A stretch of DNA of 64,000 nt. Origin: Stylophora pistillata. Its lineage: Eukaryota. The DNA lies in assembly GCF_002571385.2 (NCBI RefSeq), contig NW_019217823.1, positions 973,083-1,037,082 on the forward strand. The letters run 5' to 3'. Made by a program: the position numbers and the translations under genes. The notes under the pieces were generated by a model, which saw nothing but the letters and a program-made list of their open reading frames with translations, did not search any database and was not told the DNA's origin. This document shows, one piece after another, positions 10,500 through 23,951 of this stretch (within the stretch, counting starts at the first letter, position 1; each line of letters begins with the position of its first letter).

Positions 10500-13400
10500 T
10501 TAAGCTTTAAACACATGCACAATCCTGGAAATATGCTGTCGACAAATTGGACAGTCTGAGATCTGCTTGCCACAGTTTGTACAAGTGACCATGTGACCAC
10601 ACTCCAGTAGAACACAATCTATTCCATTATCCATACAAATCTTACACTGATCGTCATTATCATAATCATCAGGTGCCACTGTACGTGAAAAAAAAAGGAG
10701 GAAACAAAGCAATAAGGAAAATATATCCTAAAGCTGACATACTTGACTTTGGAGCTGCTGCACAGAAACTGCAGCCCCAAATTATTTATATTCTTTTAGC
10801 AAGCATTTCCTCAGCCTAATGTCTGCTGGTATTGGGAAAAATGTACCATCTGTGCCCTTGAAGACCTCAAGCACAGTTAAATAATAATAGATAATAGAAA
10901 ATAAAAATAAAATAAAATAAAAAAAATAAATAATAATATAAAAAAAAATAATAATATAAAAAAAATAATAATATAAAAAAAAATAATATAAAAAAATAAT
11001 AATAATANNNNNNNNNNNNNGTGGTTTTTGATTTCCACAAGTCAGTTTGGCTAGTAAACAAACTGAAATTGTTGTAACATGTAAGTTATCACAAGCCACT
11101 TGGCTAGTAAGTTAAAAAGTTAGTGTTGAGCCCTAACATATCCTAGCAGCTGACATGTTAAACTTTGGAACAACTGTAATTTCAAATAAGAACTGACAGC
11201 TGGTAAACTTTGTTAATTTGGTCATTAAGGCACTTTAAATTTTGCAACTTTGAATATCTAAATAAACCTTGCCAAAATAACATGGTGCAATTAAAGAGTC
11301 TTATACTGCTTGTTTATTCTTATCAACACCTTCAAAATTTAGTCACAAGATGTTGGTAATAGTGATGGAGATACAGCTATGCCAGCCGTTTTTAAACTTA
11401 TCAAGTTTTCTCTTCAACCTTTTGAACCATGATCTGAACCATCTTTCCGAGAAAACCAACAGTAAATGTTGCCTAAGATGGATGTACATGATCATCATAC
11501 TTACTCTTCTTTTTATTATATTCTTGTTTAGACTTCCACAAGGTTCTAACTCGCTCTAAGAGTTCTTCTTTTTCACAGCAACCCGTGAAGTCCACAAAAT
11601 TTGCCTTAAGGATACATTTGAGTTCCTTCACTGAAAGCTCCTGCACTTCATCTACATTCTTGATTTCACTCAGACTCTTATTCACAGAAGCAGATGGTGC
11701 AGAGGGGGGAACCTTAACAATGAAGAACAGTAAATCAAGGACTCCTCATAACCACCTCTTTTGACAAACACTTAACCTTTTATACTTTAACATCAGCATC
11801 TGTATTCTCCACACTCTTCTCTACTCATTTCCTTTAGTGCTGACAAGGAGAATTTGTTTAACAATCAAGAGCTTCTTTAGTTGGCGATCATTTCCTTTAT
11901 TATCGTCACCTTAATATTTGATTCAGGGGTGATATTGTAAGGAGAAATTAGATTCTAGTCACCCTTATGGGTTTATAGGTTAAGGAAGGCAGTCAATGAA
12001 AAAAAAAAATGAGGGCACATTCTCAGTATTCTCCAGCTCCCTCATCTTCACAAGCACTAATGTCCAGCTCTTTTGCTGGCTACTTCTTTCTGCTAAGGTT
12101 TTTTTCTTTTTATCAATGGCTGGCTTCTGAAAAAAAATCTCTGAAGAGCACTGCCTAATGCCAGAAAATCACTTTGAATAACCAAAAAAAAAAAAACACT
12201 CTATGTAACATGTTACTTTAAATTGTTAGTAACATCCTAGCTATAACTAATGATACAGACCTGAACAGGTTGAGTTCTTGGAGGTGGTTGAGAATGTGAA
12301 CTCCTTGGCGGACTTGGCTGGGTATAAAAGGCATTAGGTGCGCGAGGATGTGAGGGGTTTGGCTGTGATGGTTGCCTTCCTGGTTGAGGCTGAGTTGCTG
12401 TAGATGAGGGAGCTGTGTTTGTTCTTTCTTCTGCATGCCGTAAAATTAACTCTACTAGATCCCGCTTCTCCTTACAATGATTCAAGGAGATCTGCTTGGA
12501 CCTTAAATATTCTTGGAGGTCCTTCACTTTCAACTTCATCAGGTGATCCTTGTGGGCAATTGGGGACTGGAGAGCCCTACAGGTCAGGCAGTGTCTGCTG
12601 TTCTCTCCAGGAATAACTTTAGGGTCTCTCGAAAAACAGTCATTGCAGAAGTGTCTTTTACAATTCCGACAGAGATTCTGAAATTAAATGATGTACAGTA
12701 CCAAATTAGAGATAAATCAAACATTTCCTTGCTCGTTAAAGCACATATTCCAATTGTGTCAGTCAGAAATAAAATAGGAAACCTAAGATAAATAAAACAA
12801 CAACAACAACAATGTCAGCTGAGATTAGCAACCACATCAGTGACGCTTTTGTGATATCTTTCTGTTACTCTCTGCAGTCATCAAAGTTAAGGTCCAAAAG
12901 ACACATTCTGATTTGATTCATTTATCATCTAAGTCCCCCAGTAACAAGTTAGGGACAAAATTCCACTAAAAAGGGTTTGATGAGGAAAATTGTATGAAGA
13001 GACAATTTGAGGCATTTTAGGTATCAGCATGGCTTAATCTTTATTACTGTTGAATGCAATTGATGCATTTTTTACCTTCATTTCTCGTCAATTCTATTAC
13101 TGATCATGAGTGCTTCAAGAAATGTAGGTCAATCAAAGCTAATTTCAGTTTTTTTTGGGACCCCAGTTTTCATTACTGATCCAATACCATGCAAAAAGAC
13201 TTGAAAGTAAAAAGATTTTGTCCATAAATTTTGCAGTTTATCTTCATCTTTCATGTTAAAAACTTTCAAGGATTCTACCTATGCAAGAATCTAGCAAATG
13301 ATATTTCCATAACATTTTTTGTATTTTCCCCTCAGCCTTGTCTGAAACCAAAAAGATGTAGTCTGTAGGCAAAAATGTATTTCCACCAAGCAAATTTAAT

Positions 13401-14923
13401 CAACAGAATCGTTTGATAGCTAGACTGAGTTTATTCAATAATTTGCCCCAATTAATTCTTCCAGACATGATTGTCTACTCATTAAGATGGCTTTCAAAAC
13501 TAAGATAAGGTCCATAGTAGGGAATAGCTTGATTTCTTTATGCATAAAAAAATATAGATTAACCCTAGTAATTTCAGAGTGCAAGAAGATCAAGTCTGAA
13601 AATTTTGTTGGGGAGGTTGAGTGCACTTCAAGGAGTTAACCGATGGGTACAATTTTGTTAAAAAATTGCCACAGCCTTTTAATATTTTCTAAATATTTGT
13701 GAGAATGTAAATCTTCAACTTACTTCACAATAATTTGCTAGACATGAAACTTTTATGAAAATGTAAAGAAAAGAGCTAATCAGATTAGTTCTTTTTGGAA
13801 GACCACAACTTCTTCACATTTGACCTATTCCTATTTTAAAGGTGAAACTGTATTAACAAAAGAGGTTTAAATAATCTCACATTTTAACCTTAGACAAAAC
13901 AAATACTATTTACAGTAAGTCCATCAGCGGACACAGCTGAAAATCCATGGGAAACATGTAGGGGATCTCACTCGTATTTGGCCCGATCAAAAACAAAATT
14001 TGTCCGTACAATCCTTCGCATTTTTAACGAAAAGAACCTTTGTGTTGCTACAACATTGAAAAAAAATGTTGAAATATCAACCTGAAATGGGAATTGATCA
14101 ATATGTAAAGGGTATTGTAAAATAATGATGACCGGAAAATGGTTGTTTATGGATAAACAAAGCTTTGGCTGTAGGATGTATTCATGTCTGATTTAGACAT
14201 TCCTTCGAATTCCCGTGGGAATCAAAGCGCTCGCATAATCTGGACCGAAAACGACAAAATAAACAGTCTGAATGATGATTATTACGGGAACTCACACTGA
14301 AAATTATCGAAATTGTATGGTACAGTTGATACTAGATTCTGTTTGGACGTTTGTTTCCCTCCGATCAGGAGTTCTCGTGGTAATGAACATATCATGTAAA
14401 CTATATCATTTAATTGTAAAAATTAGAATTACCACACGAATTTAATAGGGAACAGTCTGGAAACTACCTACATTACCAACGCTTAATGATTTGAAATCCT
14501 CAGGGTTTGCGCTAAAACGTAAATTAAAGCATTACCTGAAGGTGAAAGATTCAGATCTTCAGTAAAAGCCAGTACAACTTTGTATTTTTTGACAGTGCAT
14601 GACCGCACTCTTACCATAAATAAGCAATGCTGAATAAATCCTCAAACAAACTAACAATTCACCTAAACTAGCTAGGCTATTACCTTCCTCTTGAAGAGGG
14701 TAAAATTGGAGCTGCAGCTAAAACAGGCCATTTCTGCGAAACCATCCACAGAAATATTCGAACTGCTGCTACCAGAGGATGCAGTTCCTTGGGTCGGACG
14801 GGACGAGGAAGACGATGCTAATGTTGATGGTCTACCGTTGATGACATTAAAATGCGAGCGAAATATAGCATCGACGTGTTCTGAGTGATCTCTTAGCTCT
14901 CCATTGATACCACCAGCGCCCAT
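10500..14923 (-). CDS. RNF34: E3 ubiquitin ligase RNF34/RFFL (CARP) family, ~347 aa
   Basis: Exons 14923-14684, 12677-12261, 11712-11505 and 10678-10500 (1044 nt, GT-AG). N-terminal MGAG; FYVE-like [28 protein letters not shown]; SAP-like [22 protein letters not shown] and [26 protein letters not shown]; C-terminal [46 protein letters not shown]. Confidence 0.93.
10878..11020. repeat. AT-rich low-complexity repeat abutting an assembly gap
   Basis: A-rich (AAAAAAATAATAATAT)-like units followed by Ns at 11008-11020. Confidence 0.85.
11772..11983. mobile_element. Abundant ~210-bp piggyBac-like MITE (TTAA-CC..GG-TTAA)
   Basis: TTAACCTTT...AGGTTAA ends. Internal GGAGAATTTGTTTAACAATCAAGAGCTTC..GATCATTTCCTTTATT..GGAGAAATTAGAT is shared by many copies in this window. 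Confidence 0.8.
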
Positions 14924-15182
14924 AACAGGCGACAAAGTAGACGGAAAGGCAAGTATTTTGGTCCAATAATGAAAGTATAATTTTGTGAATCGAAACTCGA
15001 CGGCGAACAACTAGGAAACTTGAAACGTGCCGGGGGAACTGAGACGAGAGGAGTGACGTACATGTGTGATTTGAAAACGAGGCAGGATATGACCAAAGCG
15101 TGGCGTGTCTTGCTAACTATCGTTTTACACGCTTTCCCTTCTATCCTTGAATCGAAGCATTTTACTTCGCCAGGAACTTACA
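14924..15182. promoter_or_regulatory. Bidirectional promoter / 5' UTRs of RNF34 and the FET gene
   Basis: 259 bp between divergent ATGs; CpG-enriched; CRE-like GTGACGTA at 15054. Confidence 0.7.
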
Positions 15183-15851
15183 ATGGCGGACCAAGGATGT
15201 AAGTAGTTTTTAATGCTTTTTAGAGTACTTGATTGCCAAATCTTCATCAAATATTGGCGAGAGAAGACGTATTTCACAAGCTCGCATGTCGCCCGAAATC
15301 ACCCAAGCTTTCCATTGTCACGCTTGCGAATTGCTAATACTATGCTTTAAAAATTCCTGTAATTCATGTAAGAGAAACATATAAATTATGGCTAGAGGGA
15401 GTTATTTAGTGTGTACTTTTTATGATCGACATCTAAAGCCAGAAGCTCTCACTTCTAATGGCAAGGTGGTCATTCTGTTTAGGGTACTCAACGCAAGATT
15501 GTCAAACGTCTGGAAGCATGCTGCTTATATTGTAAAAGTAGTGGCTCTATAGCCATCATTAACATAGGAACAGGTTGCACGAGTATCCCAAAAGAGTGTC
15601 TGACCAAAAGCACGATCAGGGTTGCCGAATAAAACCGTCGGCTGGCAAAAATTTCATCCAGTGGTACTCGAAATTTGTTTTTTGCCCAACGATTCCACAA
15701 TTTGTATGAGATGAAAATGAGTTTCATCTTTTGAATTTGAAGGTGACTCTATCACGTTTGAGGACTTTTTACTTGGCACCAGATCAACAAATCACTAGAC
15801 TTTTATCTATTATCGTTTACTTGACACTGACTAGTTGGTTACTGTTAGTTT

Positions 15852-15895
<44 letters not shown>

Positions 15896-18316
15896 GTTTG
15901 CGCTTGCACTCAGTCTATTGTATTAAAATACTGGTTTTTTTTTTTTTTTTGTCAGATGGGGGTGGATATGGTCAGAATAGTGGGGCAGCAATGTATGGCG
16001 GAACAGGAGGTTCTAGGTAAGACACGTAACCCTTTCACCCCAGAAAGTGACTAGCATCTAATTGACTGCTACCTAGATTCTCCTCATCAGCTCCTTTGGA
16101 TTTGTATGGAGAACAGCATGGAGAATATGCTTATTAATATTATGATGTAAAGAGTTGAAATGATGTTGTAATGTTTAAAGAGAAGACCAGTTCATATAAA
16201 AATCTAGCTTGCCAGAAGTGATTGCCAACTAAAGACGTTCGGGAGTTTGTATAAATTCCCCTTGTTAATTAATACCATAGGAAATTAGTAAAGAGGAATA
16301 TGCAGACAGATATTATGAGATGAAATATCAGGTATTTCGTCTTGCTGTAAAATCTTAGGGTCTATGGTCTAAATCTTCACAGTGACTTACACTTTGTTTT
16401 TGTCGTGAACGATCTCACAATAAATAATGATGCTCCAATAGTCGATAATAAACTTTAGTTTTTCTTTTTTCTTCTCGTTCTCAATAGATATCTCCCAGTA
16501 AAACTACAAGATTGATTGTGTAATTCTATACGAAAGGGTTCAAGGTTTAATAACTTCTGATCACATTTCTATTTCCCGCAATGTAATGCTGTTGTCGGTG
16601 ACGTGTTTATTCCATGTTTATGTAGCATCTCTCTACAATTGAGACCCTTGATTAAGAGAAACTTTGATAGCCAGACATATCATGTGAGAAATAGATGTCA
16701 ATTCTTTGAAGTCCTACCCCCTCATTTAATGCCATGATAACTACAGTAGTGCATGTTGCAATCTGTTTTTAACACTTCTGTTTCAGTTATGGTGGAGCTC
16801 AAGGTTACCAATCTGGTGGCTACCAAGCTCCTACCAGCTCTTATCAGTCAACTGGTTACCAGGCCTCAGCTCAAGGAGGAACTCCAGCATATAGTGCAGC
16901 AACTGGGTACCAGACTTCCACAACAGGCTATGCAGGCTATCAAACAGACAGCAGCTCAGGTGGTTACCAGCAGGCATCTTCAACACAGTACCAGGGGTAT
17001 GGACAGCAACCTCAGAGTGGTAGCTATTCACAGGCCAGCGGAGGATCTAGCTACCAACAACCACAAGGATACCAGCAGAGTGGAGGCTATCAATCTGGTG
17101 GTCAAGGTGGTTATAGCAGCAACCAGAGCAGCGGAGGTGGTTACCAAGGTGGTGGGTATCAAGGTGATAGTGGGCGCAGTGGTGGTGGATATGGACAACA
17201 GGGCTCTTCCTATGGACAAGGAGGAGGCGGCGGCTACGGAGGAGGAAGAGGGTAGGTTCTTATTTTCATTCTATCACCTAAGCTTTTACCAATTACTATA
17301 CAGATGTCTCAATGAGGTCCTCTCATTCTTTGGGTCAGATTAAAAAAGTCCATACCTTTTTGTCAGAACTTTGCATGTTGGAGGCTGGGGCTGGTGTGCA
17401 TTCTTTTAATTGTTGTTCTAGCTCAACACTTCCTCAGAAATTTGTCACAGCAGTTTAAATTAATCATAGCATTTCTTAATGATACTGGCTATGGAAAAAT
17501 GTAAAACTTCAAGTTGTTATGGAACTTCTGTTGCTTTAAATTTATTGGTGAATTTGGTCCCTGGTTTAGTAGTACCAATAATTCAGTTGGTTAAGATTTT
17601 TGAACAAGAATAACCCCCTCCATGTGTTATTGAATAATTAGGGGAAAGCAAAGAGTTGGATTTGGGTATTAAAATATTTGCATCATGTAACTGGTTACTG
17701 ACCATCAATTGTGATGATTACAATCACAGGTACCTGTGCTCTTTGGAGCAAAATGTTTTGTAGCAAACTGTAACATTTCACTCTTACACATAGTCACATA
17801 GTTGTTGCTAATGATAGGAATATCTTTGTCATAGTTAACTGTCTTTATATGGTGTACTTAAGAAACTTTGTGTGGGTATCAATAAGGGAGGGGGGGGGAG
17901 AGAGAAGTTTCAGGAGAAACTGTGATGTTGCATTGGTGGGGGGCATTGCAAGATAATTTTATTTTATCTATTGAGTTAATAATGAAAATTTGCCTCCATA
18001 AAGGGTTGCTTAAGCTGACGTTTTGCGCAGGTGCCCAAAAATGTCAAATTGAAAAGATTTACTGTAAGGATTTGTGTTCAGGGAAAGAATTCGTAAATAC
18101 TGCAGGGTTCTACTTTGTCTCTATTGTTCTGGGAGAGATAGGCCTTGAAGAAATAAAAAAAGTAATAAGGAGGGTTGTATGTTATAAAAATGGTACACAA
18201 GATATTTCCATGGTCTTGGGCCCCGTCCACACAAAGACGATTGTAAACACAAACACTAGTAAATGCAAACTTTTTTATGCGTTTAGGCCTTCCGTCCACA
18301 CAAAGACGATGAAAAT

Positions 18317-18353
<37 letters not shown>

Positions 18354-18436
18354 TAGTGGATAAATTTGAAAACGCCGTTTATGCGTCTTCGTGTGGACGG
18401 TCGTAAACGTATATTTTCGTAAAGGCTGTGAAAACG

Positions 18437-18475
<39 letters not shown>

Positions 18476-18825
18476 CGTTTCCAACATGGTGTACACACGA
18501 GTGTTGAGCTGTGTCGTGCTTGCGCTTATTTCAAGCATAAATGTGAGCATTCAATTGAATCATGCAATAATCGATATACAGGAAAACTACAAAAGAAGAA
18601 GACTAAACCTCTCAAGATTGTTATCCACTACTACAAGCACTTTCACTCGAGTAAAACGACTTAGATGCAGACGTGAGAGCAAAGAGAGAAGATTCTGGAC
18701 CAGACCAGGTCGACATTTTTCTTCTCTCTCGATCACAACAAACGCACGTGGTGACTTTACAACATGGGCGCTAACAGTTGATAACAAGGCGCTGAAGCAA
18801 AGATACACATTAATGCGTTTACGAA

Positions 18826-18858
<33 letters not shown>

Positions 18859-18871
18859 GACGATGATCGTT

Positions 18872-18912
<41 letters not shown>

Positions 18913-18913
18913 C

Positions 18914-18945
<32 letters not shown>

Positions 18946-21900
18946 TGGTCAGTTATAGCAGGGAGGGCTATTTCCAAATTGGCTAGGGCTTCCAAAACAT
19001 TTCAAGTACATGAACACTCGTCTTCAGGGTTACATGTACATCACCAGTTCCCTTTTTGGTTAGTTAAGGTCCTATGTTAGACAGTGGTGTCCTTGATGAA
19101 TCTTGAAGTAAAAGTTACATATGAATTTTGAATACAGGATCTTGGGAAAAGACTGGGCCTAATCCAAGTAAAAGACTATTAAAAGGAGTTGGTCACTGAT
19201 TTATTTAACATTCACTTAAAAATGACAGACTCATACAACCCATGTATGGCTTCAGTGGGTGGTACTAAAGTTTAAGCACAGCTTGTCAGAATACTCAAGT
19301 CAAATTGGGGGATGGAATAGAATCCTTTTCAGGGGGGGGGAGGTTTAGCAGTACCCTAAGGGCCTGCCAATAGAATAAGCTTGGAGAACAGTGTAAAATT
19401 TCTCCCTACCTTTGAAAAGTATACCATATGCAATGATGACTCTGACTGAGTTAGAAGATTCCAAGCAGGAACCCCTAAAAAATGAAAAATTATTTTCGAA
19501 TGTGCTGAAAATTCTACTCTGGATGCAGCCGTGTTGAACCATGCTTGTCACTTACCCGTGACATGACAAAGTCTTAATCTGAGTTTTCCATCTCTTGCTG
19601 ATCTATTTGAAAGGTGAGAGCTGCTCCAAAGGGCATTCTTCACTCAAATGTAGATTTTTTTGTAATCGGAGAAGCAGCTGTTGATGTACTGAGTAATTTG
19701 GCTTTGCATATGTGGCCAGATTACCTAGTTGTTTTCAAAAATTTTTAGCACATTTGAAGAGAATTTTAGAATGATTAAGTTTTTTTTTGGAATTCCAATC
19801 AACAACAGTAATAGGGGAGTTCTAAAATATACTTTTTATAATGGCCTAGAAATAGAAAATGTCATGGTTTCAAGCACTCCTCCTTTAATGATGCATCAAT
19901 GGCAGTAAACTTGACACTTTCAATAAGCTACTGTTGTTCTTGACTAAGTTTTAAATGCACGTAAAACTTATCCCTTTCACTCCCAAGACTCATCAGTAAT
20001 CCTCCTTACTGTGTGCCATACAACCCTTATAATTTTAGTTTGGAGAATGTGGTATTGAATCAACTAAGAATCCCCTAATGGACTTTTTTTTTAAATGCTC
20101 ATCACATCTCTGTTTGATATTGTGTAACCACTGTAAGGAGAATTTCTGTCTGGGTCATTCATGGGAGTTAAAGGGCTAATAAAATCATTCATAAGTATTG
20201 GTGTTTGCTACTAAACTGGTTGATTGAGGTACTGTGGTACAAGGCAGTGTCCTCCTTCTCTTGATCATTGAATTCATTTACTGGTACTATACACAGCGGT
20301 GGCAGAGGAGGTAGCCGACCGGGTGGATACAATAGTAATATGGGTTATGGTAAGTCACGTGATGCAGACACTCTCTCTGTCCTGCAGTTTTATAACATGC
20401 TGTCTGTGGTGTAATTCAATCACTCCGCCAGCCGGTCGGCTAACAAAGCTGGTGTTATCATTGGTCAAAAGACCGAGTTTAATCTCATTTGGTATAAGAA
20501 AGTGTTAAACATCCCTCAACTTGGTTGGTTATTACTCAACAGCTAAATTTAGTCCATGTGGTTTTGTTAACAGAAGGCATCATAATCTAAACTATTGGGT
20601 AATATTCCAATTTTGAATCGGAACACAATGGTTTTGGTATGATCTTAAAATTTATGTCCTCCAGGTATATTTGAATTAGAAACTTACAAAAAGGTTCTTC
20701 AAGGGAAACTGGTCAAAATTATGGGTTCCCAAAATGACCTCTGATATTAGCTTGCGTCTTGATCACTGAGCTCCGGAGTTCTTGTGTACTTTGTGCGTGG
20801 TAGTAAACATTTGCTTGGTTGTATTATTTCAAAACTGTTGTCAAGGATTGTAACAAGTCTTGACAATTTTTTTTTCTTGTTAACTAATGAGAAGTGTCTG
20901 ATTGTAGCATTTTTATTTAATCTTACATGTAAAACTCTCGTAAGATGTAGTAATAAAGGATTTATGCAACTATCACTGAACATTGCAAAAAGGGGTTTTT
21001 ATGTGGGACTTGTTTGTCACACATAGAGGCACATGACAATTTCCACCCACAAGACTTTCTAACGGTTTTTGTCATATCAGGTAGATAGTCGAACATAATC
21101 TACAATTCTTCAAGCAAGGTTAAAAATGTGATTTTAAGACATCTTGAACAATATTTTTTTCGTGGTAGTATTTGAGAACCAAGCAAGTTTGTTAAGTGAG
21201 TTGTAAGAAAGTATGACTTCTCTCCCTCCAAAAGTGGATTGTGATCCACCAAACCTACTTGAGTGTCAAAAATTATGAAAGTCCTACTGGTGGGGAAGAA
21301 AACATGCACATGTACTCCAGGATTCACTGAAACTTAAGGCTTCTCAAAGCACTTTCAAGGTTTGCATTACAAGTAGTTCTGTGCTTTAAGAGGCCTGGCA
21401 AAAAATGGCTCGTTATATCATTGGTATGAACAAAACTAGAAAACCAGGGCTGAGCCTTTGTGATTGTGTTTTTTAATTGGTGTTCAAATTGTGGACCGTG
21501 AAGTGTTTTCCTTAATCCAGTTATCCAGTGGCAGAGGGTATTTTTTGGTCAGCCTTAAAATTCTTCTTTATTGTAGTGACCCTTGTTACCCAGTGGTGTC
21601 CTTGCTGCAAACCCTCCCATAGATCTTCTCTCAGAACTTTGTCCTTCCGGTTTTTTTTAGTCACAGCAAGTGGTGATCACATAGAGCTGTAAATGACTAT
21701 GGGTCAATTTCAGACTAAAACTGGCAAACGATGGACAAAATCTGAACAGCACATGCAAATTTTTTATCCAACAAAGATTAAATTAGATGTATGACAACAA
21801 TTCTGATAGAAAGAGCATTTTCTGGAGACAAGAACATGATTTTTTTTTTTAAAAAAAGGGGTTGTAATGAAATGGGGGATCACATTTCTGTTTTGTCCAA

Positions 21901-23881
21901 GAAATATAGAGATGTTGTCAGACATTTGTCCTTTGCAGCTTTATCATGACCACAGACCTGTTGAGTGTTTGACTGGTGTAGATGAAAGTTATCCTAATAT
22001 GCTCTTGCATTATTATGATAGCTTGTATTGTTTCTTCAATTTTACTAGCTCAAATGTTGAGGGAACATGGCATAGTACACAATGTTTGTCATAACAAATA
22101 GTATCTAAATTTTCAGTGCTCTTGTCTTGACTAAGTGGTCCTCTTTGTGCTTTTTTCCAAGGTAACTCTTCTAGTGGTCCGCAACAAGATCCAGGTGGGA
22201 GTTTTTCCTAATTGATGTAATTACCAAGATTACTGTTGTACCTATTGACTGAGTGTACTCATTCTGTACAGTGATAGGGTTGCATCACCCCCAATGGAAC
22301 TAAGAGAGCTTCTTTGTTTTGACTTTGCAGGAAAAGAGTATGAAACGGATCAGGTTTTCATTTCAAATCTCCCCTCTAATGTAACAGAACAGGACATCAA
22401 AGACCTTTTTGGCTCCATTGGTATAATAAAGGTAACCTTTTAAAATAGGATAAGGCACTCAGTTTGTTTAAGTTATTTTGCTAAAGCAGAAGAAAAGAGG
22501 TCTCAGGAAGTGCAACTGATACTGATCTAGTGATTTGAATAACAAAACCATCCACTCATCAAACAATTGAGATTAGTGAAGGAGACTCAGTGGCATAGAA
22601 TGATAAATACCAATTAGGAAAAGCTGCTACGAGATTAATAATTAAATCTATATAACAATGAAATTATGAGCTCGAGATTTCTGTCATGCATAGACAGGGT
22701 TCGCACAGGTCCTGGAATACCTAGAAAGTCCTGGAGTTTTATTTTGACATTTGCCAGGACTGAAAAAGTCATGGTAAAAGACTTCAAGTCCTGGAAAGTC
22801 CAGGAAATCTGCTTAACTGAAGCAATAAAGTTTCAGAATTGACATAAATAAGAAATGCATGTAGATTGTTGGGAGAAGTTATTTTGAGATCTTGGAAATG
22901 AAAGGGTTTAAGGTGAAATTTGGAGCCCTGGAAAAAACAATCTTGAGTCCTTGAAATTTGTTTCTGAAAGAGAGTATGAACCTTTCATGTAAAATTCAAG
23001 AGCAATTAGTTTTCTCATTTTAGTATAAATCTTCTAGTTAGTCAAAACTTAAAAAAACAATACAGGCTCACATTTATATATATTTTGTTTATAATGGCAC
23101 ACTGTTGGGTTAATCTCTCTGCTCGCTTTCTGTCACAAAATAGAAAGGGAATAGCATAGCCAATCAGACTGAACTATTTGTGATAGACTGTTAGCAGATT
23201 CATATTATTAGATTACATTAGTGTAGTATAAAATGACAGGCTGGGGCAGTTACTATGACATCATAAATTTGGCTAAAGATGGTATATTAAACTTGCTTTT
23301 GGCTATTGCACTGTCAATTTCTGTAGTTGAGTTTTCATTTTGCTCCTAAACTACCAACATTTAAAAACTTTTCTTCAGATTGACAAAAAGACAGGCAACC
23401 CTAAAATCTGGATATACAGACATCCTGATGGTACTCCAAAGGTAAAAACCAAGTCTACATTACACTTGCCAGTTATTGTTGTTTTGAAAAGAGCTTATGT
23501 AGTGATTTCAGGCAATTAATGATTTATAATATACAATAATTTTTTTTACTTCAGGGAGATGCTACAGTTACTTATGATGATCCACCAACAGCTGGTGCTG
23601 CTATCAGCTGGTTCAACGGTAAATTGAGTTACTTGTTAAGCCAGTTGTGATATAACTGAGGTCATTTTATAGTAATGTATTGTGCATCCTTGCAGTACAG
23701 ATATCATGAAAGATTGATTTGCTGTAATTAATCCACATACTCCAAATTCTTCTCTATACATTTCCTTTGGTATTGACAAGGACAACCCATTTCACATTCA
23801 AAGCTTCTTAGTTTGGTGATCATTTCCTTTATTCTCATGGTCTAAATGAATTTTATTAAAAACTGGATCATTGGATAATCC

Positions 23882-23951
<70 letters not shown>

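Noticed and set aside
12885-13830. Possible ~0.9-kb TIR element in RNF34 intron 1
   Set aside because: Only a 5-6-bp inverted match (AGGTC/GACCT) and no clear TSD; not supportable.
14535-14615. Extra RNF34 exon (CAG/GTAATG donor on the minus strand)
   Set aside because: Exons 1 and 2 already join into an uninterrupted FYVE-like domain, and no good acceptor was seen.
16753-17343. 196-aa ORF from the ORF track
   Set aside because: Alternative frame of FET exon 3; the true frame is the SYGQ-rich one defined by splice phases.
18428-18866. ORFs of 78-139 aa in the FET intron
   Set aside because: They lie within the Harbinger deletion derivative; transposase remnant only.
19430-19585. Possible C/D snoRNA (ATGATGA..CTGA) in FET intron 3
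   Set aside because: No terminal stem and no recognisable guide; such boxes occur by chance in AT-rich DNA.
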